Shown in pieces: positions 54,378 through 63,218 of a DNA stretch of 64,000 nt. Under the pieces are notes generated by a model, which did not search any database, was not told where the DNA came from, and saw nothing but the letters and a program-made list of their open reading frames with translations. Each line of letters starts with the position of its first letter. The first letter of the stretch is position 1. The position numbers and the translations under genes were made by a program. The stretch comes from an uncultured Terracidiphilus sp. (GTDB taxonomy: Bacteria > Acidobacteriota > Terriglobia > Terriglobales > Acidobacteriaceae): positions 10,661 through 74,660 of the forward strand of contig CAZFMB010000008.1 of the NCBI GenBank assembly GCA_964520005.1. Direction: 5' to 3'.

Positions 54378-55250
54378 TCACGCCACAGCGGGAGCGCGGA
54401 GGAACTCCAGTGCGCGAATCAGGTAGGACTTGAGTTGGCGGCGATGGACGACGGCGTCGAGGAAGCCTTTTTCGAGGAGGAACTCGGAGCGTTGAAAGCC
54501 CTCGGGGAGCTTTTGCCGGATGGTCTGTTCTATGACGCGCGGGCCGGCAAAGCCTATAAGAGCGCCGGGTTCGGCGATGTTGAGGTCGCCGAGCATGGCG
54601 AAGCTGGCGGTGACGCCTCCAGTGGTGGGGTCGGTGAGGACGCAGATGTAGGGAACGCGGGCGGAGTCGAGCTGGGCGAGGGCGGAGGAGATTTTTGCCA
54701 TCTGCATGAGGCTGACGACGCCCTCCATCATGCGCGCTCCGCCGGAGGCGGCGACGATGATGAGCGGATGGCGGCTGATGCGGGCGCGATCGACGGCGCG
54801 GGCGATGGTCTCGCCGACCACCGCGCCCATGGACCCGCCGATGAAGGCGTACTCCATAACGCTGAGCACGACCTGATGGGGACCGAGGCGGCCGATGGCG
54901 TTGAGGATGGCATCGTCGAGGCCGGTTTGTTCCTGAGCTTTGCGTAGCCGTTGCTTGTAGGGCTTGATGTCTGTGAAGTTGAGCGGGTCGGTGGAGCGCA
55001 GTCCGCCGTCGACAAGCTCATAGCCGGGCTCGAGCAACAGGTCGATGCGCTGAAGCGCGCCGATGCGGAAGTGATATTGGCAGCGGGGGCAGACGTTCAG
55101 GTTGGCCAGCAGATCCGCTTTCCAGACGGGCCTTCGGCAGCCATCGCATTTGATCCACAGGCCCTCGGTACGTACACGCGACTCGGCCGCTGTCGCAGAG
55201 CCCCTCAGACCGGGGCCGTATTCTCCGTCATCGCGCTTGAACCAGGGCAT
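54378..55250 (-). CDS. accD: acetyl-CoA carboxylase carboxyltransferase beta subunit
   Basis: Zinc ribbon CDGCRRPV...CPRCQYHFR, then FIGGSMG and a carboxyltransferase domain. Confidence 0.9.
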   Translation of the reverse strand: MPWFKRDDGEYGPGLRGSATAAESRVRTEGLWIKCDGCRRPVWKADLLANLNVCPRCQYHFRIGALQRIDLLLEPGYELVDGGLRSTDPLNFTDIKPYKQRLRKAQEQTGLDDAILNAIGRLGPHQVVLSVMEYAFIGGSMGAVVGETIARAVDRARISRHPLIIVAASGGARMMEGVVSLMQMAKISSALAQLDSARVPYICVLTDPTTGGVTASFAMLGDLNIAEPGALIGFAGPRVIEQTIRQKLPEGFQRSEFLLEKGFLDAVVHRRQLKSYLIRALEFLRAPAVA

Positions 55251-55355
55251 TGAACCTCTGAAATGCAGCAGACAGCTAACAGCATGCAGTTGACATCACG
55301 ATTCGGCCTACGGGGAACTAATGACTGAACGGTGTAGGTTGATAGCTGCCCTATC

Positions 55356-55895
55356 TCAATATTCTATTCCGAGCTGGGCGAGAATGCCTTTTTGGTAGGC
55401 GTGCTTGACTTCGCGCATTTCGGTTACGGTATCGGCCATCTCGACGAGCAAGGGATGGGCGTTGCGGCCGGTAAGGATGACGTGCACCATCTCGGGGCGC
55501 GCGCGCAGGGCATCGGCGACCACTGCGGGGTTCAACATGCCGTAGCCGATGGCGTAGTTAATCTCGTCGAGAATGACCATGTCCCACTGGCCTGAGTCAA
55601 TGGCTTCGCGCGCTTCGGTCCAGGCGGCCTCGACCAGGCGAATATCCTCCGGGTCGGTCTCGGCGCCGCCGACTTTTACGAAGCCGCGGCCCATCTGCTT
55701 GAGTACGAAGTTCTCGCCGAAGGATTGAACCGCGTCGAGCTCGCCATAGTGCCAGGAGCCTTTGAGGAACTGAATCATCAGCACCTTCATGCCATTGCCG
55801 ACGGCGCGCAGGGCTGTACCCATGGCCGCGGTGGTCTTGCCTTTACCGGGGCCGGTATTGATAAGAATCAGTCCTCGACGGGAATCGATAGTCAC
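55356..55895 (-). CDS. cobO: cob(I)yrinic acid a,c-diamide adenosyltransferase
   Basis: GPGKGKTTAAMGTALRAVGNGMKVLMIQFLKG, DEINYA, ILTGRNA. Confidence 0.9.
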   Translation of the reverse strand: MTIDSRRGLILINTGPGKGKTTAAMGTALRAVGNGMKVLMIQFLKGSWHYGELDAVQSFGENFVLKQMGRGFVKVGGAETDPEDIRLVEAAWTEAREAIDSGQWDMVILDEINYAIGYGMLNPAVVADALRARPEMVHVILTGRNAHPLLVEMADTVTEMREVKHAYQKGILAQLGIEY

Positions 55896-56012
55896 AGATA
55901 CAGCTTACAGCGATCAGCTATCAGCTTACAGTTCGCAGTTCGCAGAAGTTGCTTGAGGACGGCACGCATCTGAATTATCTGATAGCTGACTGCTGATAGC
56001 TGACCGCTGTCG
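55893..56012. repeat. inverted pair of CAGCNNN heptad arrays
   Basis: 55893-55948 reads cagata cagctta cagcgat cagctat cagctta cagttcg cagttcg. 55977-56012 is the reverse-complement type (ctgatagctgactgctgatagctgaccgctg). Confidence 0.85.
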
Positions 56013-56013
56013 T

Positions 56014-56463
56014 TCAGTGTCCGGCGTGGTAGGGGTGTCCGGAGAGGATGGTGAATGCGCGGTAGATCTGCTCGGCCATGGCGAGGCGCGCGAGGGCGTG
56101 GGCCATGGTCATGGGACCGAGCGAGAGCAGCAGTTGGGCTCTCTTGCGCGCTTCGTCTGACCAACCGGCGTGCGGCCCCACGGCGAAGACAAGGTGCTGC
56201 GTTCCCTGGTCGCGACGCGTGCCCAGCCATGCGGCAAAGGCTTCGGAACTCATCTGACGGCCGCGGCTGTCGAGCATAACAGCGATGGCGTGCGTGCGTC
56301 CTTGCTGCCGATCGAGCCACTCCATGAGAGCTTGTTCGTTGCGGAAGGATTCGGTGTTGCAACGCGCATATTTGGAGCAGCGCCGCAGATAAAGCGCGGT
56401 GAGGGCTTCGAATTCGTCCTTTGTTGCGGGGCGCGCGCCTATATGCGCGAGGGTCAGGTTCAT
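56014..56463 (-). CDS. rlmH: 23S rRNA (pseudouridine1915-N3)-methyltransferase
   Basis: 149 aa SPOUT fold. LVFAVGPHAGWSDE..., C-terminus QIYRAFTILSGHPYH. Confidence 0.85.
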   Translation of the reverse strand: MNLTLAHIGARPATKDEFEALTALYLRRCSKYARCNTESFRNEQALMEWLDRQQGRTHAIAVMLDSRGRQMSSEAFAAWLGTRRDQGTQHLVFAVGPHAGWSDEARKRAQLLLSLGPMTMAHALARLAMAEQIYRAFTILSGHPYHAGH

Positions 56464-56920
56464 GGGGAGCAGAATACTCTACTGTGCGCACGTTTGCATG
56501 GATGAAGCAGATATTGCAGCAAAGGGCAACATAAGCCATGCAAAGGAGATGGGAAGCACAGAGTGCAGAGAGTCTGTCACCGGGGTGGTATCGTATAGCC
56601 GGAGCTATCCTCAACAAAAAAGGTCAAAACTGGACAAAGTGTCCATTTTTGGGATTCCTTGCTGGAGCAATCCACTTTTTCATATATCAACCAACAGCAA
56701 GAGGTCGAATTAATACATAACCCATTTAAAATCAACGAAAAAAAATATTGTCTTACGTTTCGAATATGGCCCTTAAACTGCTATTTCAACATTACGAGTA
56801 GTGCCTCGCATTCCTGGGATTGAGTTTATATACCCCTAACCGAGACGCAAGAGCACACAGGTGGGTTGAGAAGCTGCTAGAACGGGTTTCCGGCCCCCAC
56901 AGAACTTTTGGAGGAAGTCC

Positions 56921-59900
56921 ATGAAGATATTCCGGTTGCATAGTGCGGTTTTAGCGCTCGGCCTTCTGCTGATGGCCGGCTTTGTTGCGAATCTCACGAC
57001 CCCGGCGGCGTTCGGCCAGTCGACGAACACCGGAACGGTAGTCGGCGTGGTCGAGGACCCGAGCGGCGCGGTGATTCAGGGCGCGACCGTCACCCTGACC
57101 GATAATTCAACCAAGACGGAGCGCAAGACCAGCACATCCCATACCGGCCAGTATGTGTTTGTGAACGTCCCTCCAGGCGACTACTCCATTACCGCCAGCA
57201 AGAGCGGTTTTGCGACCGATAAAGTCGCGAGTCAAACGGTGACGGTCGGCACGCAGACCACGGCCAACTTCAAGTTGCAAGTAGGCAGCGAAGCGACGAC
57301 TGTTGAAGTGCATACATCGGGCGCGGATCTGCAAACCATCAACGCGACAGTAGGCAGCACTGTTGATCCGGTTTCGCTCGCCCAGCTACCCAGCTTTCTT
57401 CATGATTCAGGCACCTTTGCCCAGTTACAGGCGGGCGTGAGCCCCGACGGCAGCGTGGCCGGAGCGGTGGTCGACCAAAATACATACAGCCTGGATGGCG
57501 GCAACAACTCCAGCGACATGGACGGCAGCATGAACGTTTATACGGGTTCGTTCGCGGAAGACCCGACGGGCGTCGCGGGCCAGAATTTTAATCTCTCGGC
57601 AAGCCCCACAGGCGTGATCCCTACGCCGCAGGACAGCGTGGAAGAGTTCAAGGTGAACACCAACAACCAAACGGCGGACTTCAACAATTCAGCCGGGTCG
57701 CAGGTGGAGATCGTGACCAAGCGCGGCACGGAAAAATGGCACGCAACGGCCTATGAATATTACCTGGACAACGATGAGAGCGCCAACACGTGGCAGAACA
57801 ATCTCACCGATACGCCGGTTACGCATTATCACTATAGCAAGTATGGCTTCGCAGGCGGCGGACCAGTGATTCCCAAGAATATATTGGGTGGGAAGACATT
57901 TTTCTTCGCTAATTACCAGGCATGGCGCTATCCCCAATCCGAGACCATTGAACGCCCGGTTCCAACAGCGGCGATGGCAGCCGGCACCCTCCAAGTCAAT
58001 GTTGGTAGCCCCGCAGTTCTCACAAGTTTCAACATGGCAACCATTGACCCACGCAGCATCGGCATCAATCCGGACGTCAAGACGATGTGGACAACAGAAG
58101 AGCCGGCAGGGAACATTCCGGCCGCAGTCGGCAATCCATGCTCAGGGTTAACTTCAGCCGCATATTGCGACAAACACAATACGGTCGCATTCAAGGCCAA
58201 TATGGCGGTCCCCGTCAAGGACAACTTTTTCGTTGCGCGCCTGGATCATGATTTCGGGCCGAAATGGCACCTGATGAGCAGCTACCGCTACTACAAACTG
58301 GTCCAGCTCCGTGACTACCAGATAGATATCGGCGGAGCGTTACCCGGCGACACGTTAGGCAAGCCGGTCGCAAAGGCAAGCCGCCCGCAGCAGCCGTGGT
58401 ACCTTGTGGCCGGATTGACGACGAACATTACATCGAACGTCACCAACGACTTCCACTACAGCTACCTACGTAACTACTGGTCGTGGTCGACCCAAGGCGC
58501 CCCGCCGCAAGTCTCGGGCCTAGGCGGCGCACTGGAGCCCATGGGTGAATCCCAGGTTAATGCCCTCACGCCATATAACGTGAATACCCAGCAGATTCGT
58601 ACACGCTTCTGGGACGGCAAAGACAACTTCTTCCGGGATGACCTCACTTACCTGAAGGGCAGCCACCTGTTCCAATTCGGCGGCCAGTATCAGCACAACT
58701 TCGACTACCATCAACGGTCTGACAATGGCGGCGGCATCAACTTTACCCCCACCTACCAATTGGGCGATGGAAATGGCGCAGGGAATATCGATCTCTCCAG
58801 TCTGGGTGGAGGCTACCCGTCCGGCAGTCAGTCGTCCGCGCGCTTGGCGGCCGCAGTGTATGGAATGGTGACCGACTCGGAAGTAGCGTACACGCGCCAG
58901 GGAGCCAATCTGGCGCTGAATCCGCCACTGACGCCCGCATTCGACAAGAGCACCATCCCTTACTACAACGTGTATTTCAGCGACACGTGGCACGCGAAGC
59001 CGAGCTTTACGCTGACGTATGGCATGGGCTGGACACTGGAGATGCCGCCGACGGAACAGAACGGCAAGCAGACTGTACTGGTTGACGATAACGTCAATCC
59101 GGTCTCGCTCAACACATACATCAATCAACGCAAGATGGCCGCGCTGGCGGGCAACGTGTACAACCCGGAACTTGGCTTTGCGCTGGTAGGCAACGTGGGC
59201 GCCGGTGATAAGTATCCGTACAACCCGTTCTATGGCAGCTTCAGCCCGCGCGTAGCCGCGGCTTGGAATCCGAAATTTGAGAGCCACTCCTTGCTCGGTC
59301 GCATCTTCGGCCACGACTCGACGGTCGTACGCGGAGGCTATGGTCACTCTTACGGCCGCCTGAACGGCGTGGGCCAAGTGCTGGTGCCGCTGTTGGGCGT
59401 CGGTTTGATCCAGCCAGTGCAATGCAAATTTGCATTAGCAGGCAGCACGACAGACCCGGGTCAAGGTTTGTTGTCCTCGACCGGCACTTGCAACGGCTCT
59501 ACTACTGCTGGTCCCAACTACCTGTCAGCTGCCAATGCATTCCGCATAGGCGTGGACGGCAACTCGGCGCCTCTGGCTGCGGCCGCCCCCACGCTGCCCC
59601 AGCCGATTTACCCAGGCGTAAACAGCGCCGCTAGTTCGGCCGCCGAAGGGCTCGATCCCAGCTTCCGCCCCAATATGATCGATTCCTTCGATTTGACGAT
59701 CCAGCGGCAGTTGAGCCGGAAGACATTGGTTGAGGTGGGATACATTGGGCGCTTGATTCACCATGAATACCAACCCGTCAACCTGAACGCGGTCCCGTAC
59801 ATGATGTCGCAAGGTGGACAGCAGTTCCAATCCGCGTACGCGGCTCTGGAGAAGGCGCTGGGTTGCGCTACATCACAGGCACAGTGCGGCTTCGGGGGCA

Positions 59901-61006
59901 TTCCTGCAACCATCACGGCGCAGCCATTCTTTGAATCGACGCTCGCAGCCTCGGGCTATTGCACCGGATACGCGAGCTGCACCGCGGCAGTTCTCAACAA
60001 GGAGATTAACAACCTTGTGACCCAGTCTGTGTGGAGCCTGTGGAGCGATTTAGATGCCGGCAAATTCAACTTTGCACCAACAATGACGAACAACACCGGA
60101 CAGTTTTCGAGCGGCGTGGCGCTGAATGCCAGCATCGGCTACGGAAACTACAACGGCGGCTTTGTCACGGTCAGCACGACGGACTGGCATGGCCTAACCA
60201 TGCATGAGAACTTCACCTACAGCAAGGCTCTGGGCACCGGAGCCCAGACGCAGTCCACCAGCGAATACACGGTCAATGATGCCTTCGACCTGGGGAAGAA
60301 TTACGGAGTTCAGGCGTTTAACCGCAAGTTCGTCTTCAACATGTACGGGGTGTGGCAAGAGCCGTATTACAAAGACCAGCGCGGCATTATCGGACGGCTT
60401 GTGGGCGGCTGGTCGCTTGCCCCGATCTACACCATGGGCAACGGCGAGCCGCTGGCCTGCCAGACAGCAAACAACAACCTCTACACCGGCTCCCAGGAGT
60501 TTGGAGCGGCCGACGACAGCAACTACGGCAACAACATTCAATGCATCTTCACCAGCAAGTATAACGGGGGAGTTCACTCGCATTACGGCATAACCGGCAG
60601 CACCGACGCATACGGAAATGCTCCGGGGACATCGCCAGCAGGATCAACCGTAGCCTCAGAGGTCAATATGTTCGCGAATCCGGCGGTGGTCTACGATCAG
60701 GTTCGCGCGCCGATTCTGGGCATCGACACCAAGAACCCCGGCAACGGCGCTATCATCGGAATGCCGTATTGGAATGTGGACCTGAGCGCGCAGAAGGACT
60801 TCAAGGTATGGAAGAGCGCCAAGATCCAGCTCTCGTTTATCTTCGAAAACGTGTTCAACCACAATGTCCTTGCCGACCCGTATCTTCAGAGCGGCCCTTC
60901 CAACGGCAGCCCATATGGCATCGGCAATGACGCTGGCTGGGGTACGGAGCAAGGCCAAGCCAACGTCCCACGCAAGATCGAGTATGGCGGTCGCGTTAGC
61001 TGGTAA
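56921..61006 (+). CDS. TonB-dependent receptor with N-terminal carboxypeptidase-regulatory-like domain
   Basis: Signal peptide, then GTVVGVVEDPSGAVIQGATVTLTDNSTKTERKTSTSHTGQYVFVNVPPGDYSITASKSGF. 1361 aa with beta-barrel-type composition. Ends ...GRVSW (aromatic terminus). Confidence 0.8.
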   Translation: MKIFRLHSAVLALGLLLMAGFVANLTTPAAFGQSTNTGTVVGVVEDPSGAVIQGATVTLTDNSTKTERKTSTSHTGQYVFVNVPPGDYSITASKSGFATDKVASQTVTVGTQTTANFKLQVGSEATTVEVHTSGADLQTINATVGSTVDPVSLAQLPSFLHDSGTFAQLQAGVSPDGSVAGAVVDQNTYSLDGGNNSSDMDGSMNVYTGSFAEDPTGVAGQNFNLSASPTGVIPTPQDSVEEFKVNTNNQTADFNNSAGSQVEIVTKRGTEKWHATAYEYYLDNDESANTWQNNLTDTPVTHYHYSKYGFAGGGPVIPKNILGGKTFFFANYQAWRYPQSETIERPVPTAAMAAGTLQVNVGSPAVLTSFNMATIDPRSIGINPDVKTMWTTEEPAGNIPAAVGNPCSGLTSAAYCDKHNTVAFKANMAVPVKDNFFVARLDHDFGPKWHLMSSYRYYKLVQLRDYQIDIGGALPGDTLGKPVAKASRPQQPWYLVAGLTTNITSNVTNDFHYSYLRNYWSWSTQGAPPQVSGLGGALEPMGESQVNALTPYNVNTQQIRTRFWDGKDNFFRDDLTYLKGSHLFQFGGQYQHNFDYHQRSDNGGGINFTPTYQLGDGNGAGNIDLSSLGGGYPSGSQSSARLAAAVYGMVTDSEVAYTRQGANLALNPPLTPAFDKSTIPYYNVYFSDTWHAKPSFTLTYGMGWTLEMPPTEQNGKQTVLVDDNVNPVSLNTYINQRKMAALAGNVYNPELGFALVGNVGAGDKYPYNPFYGSFSPRVAAAWNPKFESHSLLGRIFGHDSTVVRGGYGHSYGRLNGVGQVLVPLLGVGLIQPVQCKFALAGSTTDPGQGLLSSTGTCNGSTTAGPNYLSAANAFRIGVDGNSAPLAAAAPTLPQPIYPGVNSAASSAAEGLDPSFRPNMIDSFDLTIQRQLSRKTLVEVGYIGRLIHHEYQPVNLNAVPYMMSQGGQQFQSAYAALEKALGCATSQAQCGFGGIPATITAQPFFESTLAASGYCTGYASCTAAVLNKEINNLVTQSVWSLWSDLDAGKFNFAPTMTNNTGQFSSGVALNASIGYGNYNGGFVTVSTTDWHGLTMHENFTYSKALGTGAQTQSTSEYTVNDAFDLGKNYGVQAFNRKFVFNMYGVWQEPYYKDQRGIIGRLVGGWSLAPIYTMGNGEPLACQTANNNLYTGSQEFGAADDSNYGNNIQCIFTSKYNGGVHSHYGITGSTDAYGNAPGTSPAGSTVASEVNMFANPAVVYDQVRAPILGIDTKNPGNGAIIGMPYWNVDLSAQKDFKVWKSAKIQLSFIFENVFNHNVLADPYLQSGPSNGSPYGIGNDAGWGTEQGQANVPRKIEYGGRVSW

Positions 61007-61024
61007 GGCGTGGAGTAAACAAGC

Positions 61025-61061
61025 AAAAGGGCCGGGAGCGCAAGCTCCCGGCCCTTTTTTT
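61025..61061. terminator. bidirectional rho-independent terminator
   Basis: AAAA-GGGCCGGGAGC-GCAA-GCTCCCGGCCC-TTTTTTT, between the convergent TonB-receptor and rsfS genes. Confidence 0.85.
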
Positions 61062-61202
61062 ATGTGTGCGGGAAAATTTAGATATTGCAAGGAAAACATC
61101 TTAATTGAATCGATAAAAAGCAGATCCTTCGACTCACCACCCCCATGCTGAAGAGTACGCCTGGGGCCCTGTTCGCTCAGGATGACAAGCAAAAACAACA
61201 GT

Positions 61203-61859
61203 CTAGTGCTTCTTCTTTTTAGGCGCAGGTTTGCGGGGCGATGCCTTTTTGGCTGCAATTTTCTTAGCGGGGGATATGCTGGAGGCCTTCTTCTTAACAG
61301 CGGGCTTTTTCTTTGCGGATGAGCTTTTCGCGGAAGGTTTGGCTGCGCGTGACTTTCCGGTGGCGGGCTTTATGGCGCGCTTCTTGACGGCCTTCTTTGG
61401 CTTTGGCTTCGGCTTGGGCGCGGGCTTTGCGGCTGCTTTGCTGCGGACGGCCAGAGTTTTTGCGGAGAGCGCGGCTTTTAGCTCGGCGTCGAACTCGGCG
61501 GGGGTGGCGGTGCGGGCGGATTTGCGCAGGCGCTCGATGTCGTAGAAGGCGCGGCGGTCGGCGAGGAAGACGTGCACGACAAAGTCCACATAGTCGAGGA
61601 GAATCCACTGGCCCTGGCGGCGTCCCTCGACGGAGTTGGGGAAGAGGCCAAAGGACTTTTTGAGGCGGTCTTCGATCTCGTCGGCGATGGCGATGGCCTG
61701 GCGGTCGTTGGCGGCCGAGGTAATGAGGAAGAAGTCGGAGAGGCCGGAGTCGATGGGGTCGAGCTCGAGGATGCGGGTGTCGAGGCCCTTCTTGTCTTCA
61801 CAGACGGCGGCGGCTGTCTGGACATGGATGCGGGTTTGCTGCTTGGTTTCAGTTGTCAT
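61203..61859 (-). CDS. rsfS: ribosome silencing factor RsfS (iojap) fused to a Lys/Ala/Pro-rich basic tail
   Basis: DFFLITSAANDRQAIAIADEIEDRLK...WILLDYVDFVVHVFL...R.FYDIERL. Start taken at MTTETK (61859). The last roughly 95 aa are KAAAKPAPKPKPKPKKAVKK...-type. Confidence 0.8.
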   Translation of the reverse strand: MTTETKQQTRIHVQTAAAVCEDKKGLDTRILELDPIDSGLSDFFLITSAANDRQAIAIADEIEDRLKKSFGLFPNSVEGRRQGQWILLDYVDFVVHVFLADRRAFYDIERLRKSARTATPAEFDAELKAALSAKTLAVRSKAAAKPAPKPKPKPKKAVKKRAIKPATGKSRAAKPSAKSSSAKKKPAVKKKASSISPAKKIAAKKASPRKPAPKKKKH

Positions 61860-61914
61860 TCTATGTGATTGATCTCCGAGCTTCATCGTAGCCTTTCGAG
61901 GGGGCTGGGGCAAG

Positions 61915-62670
61915 TCAATGATAGAGGTGGTGGGCACGAATGTACTCCAATACAGGAGGGGGAAGGAGGTTGGGGTGGGGCGTTTGGGTCGCGGCTGGAG
62001 AGGGTCCGAATAGGCGGATTTGTTCACGAATATCGGAGGCGCTGATGTCGATATGCAGGCCGGGGAGCAGGTAGAAGGGAGCTTGTTGGCCGGCGGGATT
62101 GCGGAGAATGTAGCGGCGGAGGGCGATGGCCGGCTCAACGATTTCCGACTCAGGCGCGGGCTCCATGGTCAGGCCATCCGGCAGGGCGGAGTCGAGGTTG
62201 TTCAATAGCTGGCCGGGGCGGGAAGCGATGATCAAGGGGGCTACAAAGGGGATCTCGGCGGCGCGATGCCAGCGTCTAAAACCGGCAAACGAGTCGGCTC
62301 CCATGAGGCAAAAGAGGGTGGTGTTGGGCGGAAGTTGGTAGCGCAGGGCGAGGAGCGTCTCCAGTGTGTAGTTGGGTGCGCCGGAGGGCTGGGGGGCATC
62401 GGCCATGGAGAGGTCAAAGCCAGGCTCGCTGGCAATGGCCATGCGGGTCATGGCCAGGCGGTCTTCAAAGCTGGCCTCAGTGCCCTGCGGCTTGAGGGGC
62501 TGCGTTCCCACGGGCGCAAAGAGCACGGAGTCGAGGCTGAGGGCCGCCTGGGCCGCGCGCGCCACACCGAGATGGCCGAGGTGGGGCGGGTCAAAACTGC
62601 CTCCAAAAAAGGCTACGCGGCGGCCCCTGGGGTGGGGTTGGCGGCCTTCGGCGTCGGATAACGAACCCAT
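61915..62670 (-). CDS. nadD: nicotinate-nucleotide adenylyltransferase
   Basis: VAFFGGSFDPPHLGHL. Confidence 0.9.
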   Translation of the reverse strand: MGSLSDAEGRQPHPRGRRVAFFGGSFDPPHLGHLGVARAAQAALSLDSVLFAPVGTQPLKPQGTEASFEDRLAMTRMAIASEPGFDLSMADAPQPSGAPNYTLETLLALRYQLPPNTTLFCLMGADSFAGFRRWHRAAEIPFVAPLIIASRPGQLLNNLDSALPDGLTMEPAPESEIVEPAIALRRYILRNPAGQQAPFYLLPGLHIDISASDIREQIRLFGPSPAATQTPHPNLLPPPVLEYIRAHHLYH

Positions 62671-62721
62671 ATATATTCATGGTAATTGCGACGGATGCGC
62701 CGGTTACGCGTCTAATGAATT

Positions 62722-63150
62722 GTGCGATATATCATTGCAATCCTGGCGCTGGCGGGCGTGTGGGTTTCCGCGCTATCCCTGCGCGTACACTATTCCAACG
62801 AGACCACGCCCTGTTCTATCAACGCGAAGTGGGATTGCGATCTTGTGAACCGCAGCCCTTACGCCGAGATCAAGGGGGTGCCTGTGGCGGCGATAGGGAT
62901 TGCAGGCTACTTTGCGCTGGCGGCCCTGGCGTTGATGGGACAACGGGTAATGGTATTTCTTTCTTCGCTAATGGGGCTGGGATACGCACTCTATCTTGCT
63001 CATATCGAGAGAGACGTTCTGATGGTGTGGTGCCTGTATTGCGTGATCTCGCTGGGAGTCATCGCGCTCATCACGCTGCTCAGCCTGGGATGGCTGTCGT
63101 TCTGGGGGATACGGTCGAAGTACGAATTACATTCAGAAGTAGAGTTATAG
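62722..63150 (+). CDS. vitamin K epoxide reductase (VKOR) family protein
   Basis: Four TM helices, loop cysteines PCSINAKWDCDLV, and a CxxC active site (WCLYC). Confidence 0.75.
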   Translation: MRYIIAILALAGVWVSALSLRVHYSNETTPCSINAKWDCDLVNRSPYAEIKGVPVAAIGIAGYFALAALALMGQRVMVFLSSLMGLGYALYLAHIERDVLMVWCLYCVISLGVIALITLLSLGWLSFWGIRSKYELHSEVEL

Positions 63151-63218
63151 AGGGGCGCCCGGCTTCAGCTTCGGTTCACAGTCCGCTCGTCCGGCACTGT
63201 TAGAATCTAAGTAAATCC

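Noticed and set aside
55892-56617. 241-aa minus-strand ORF spanning the heptad repeats and rlmH
   Set aside because: An alternative frame over the well-supported rlmH gene (56014..56463) that reads through the repeat hairpins. Arg/Ala/Pro-rich junk composition.
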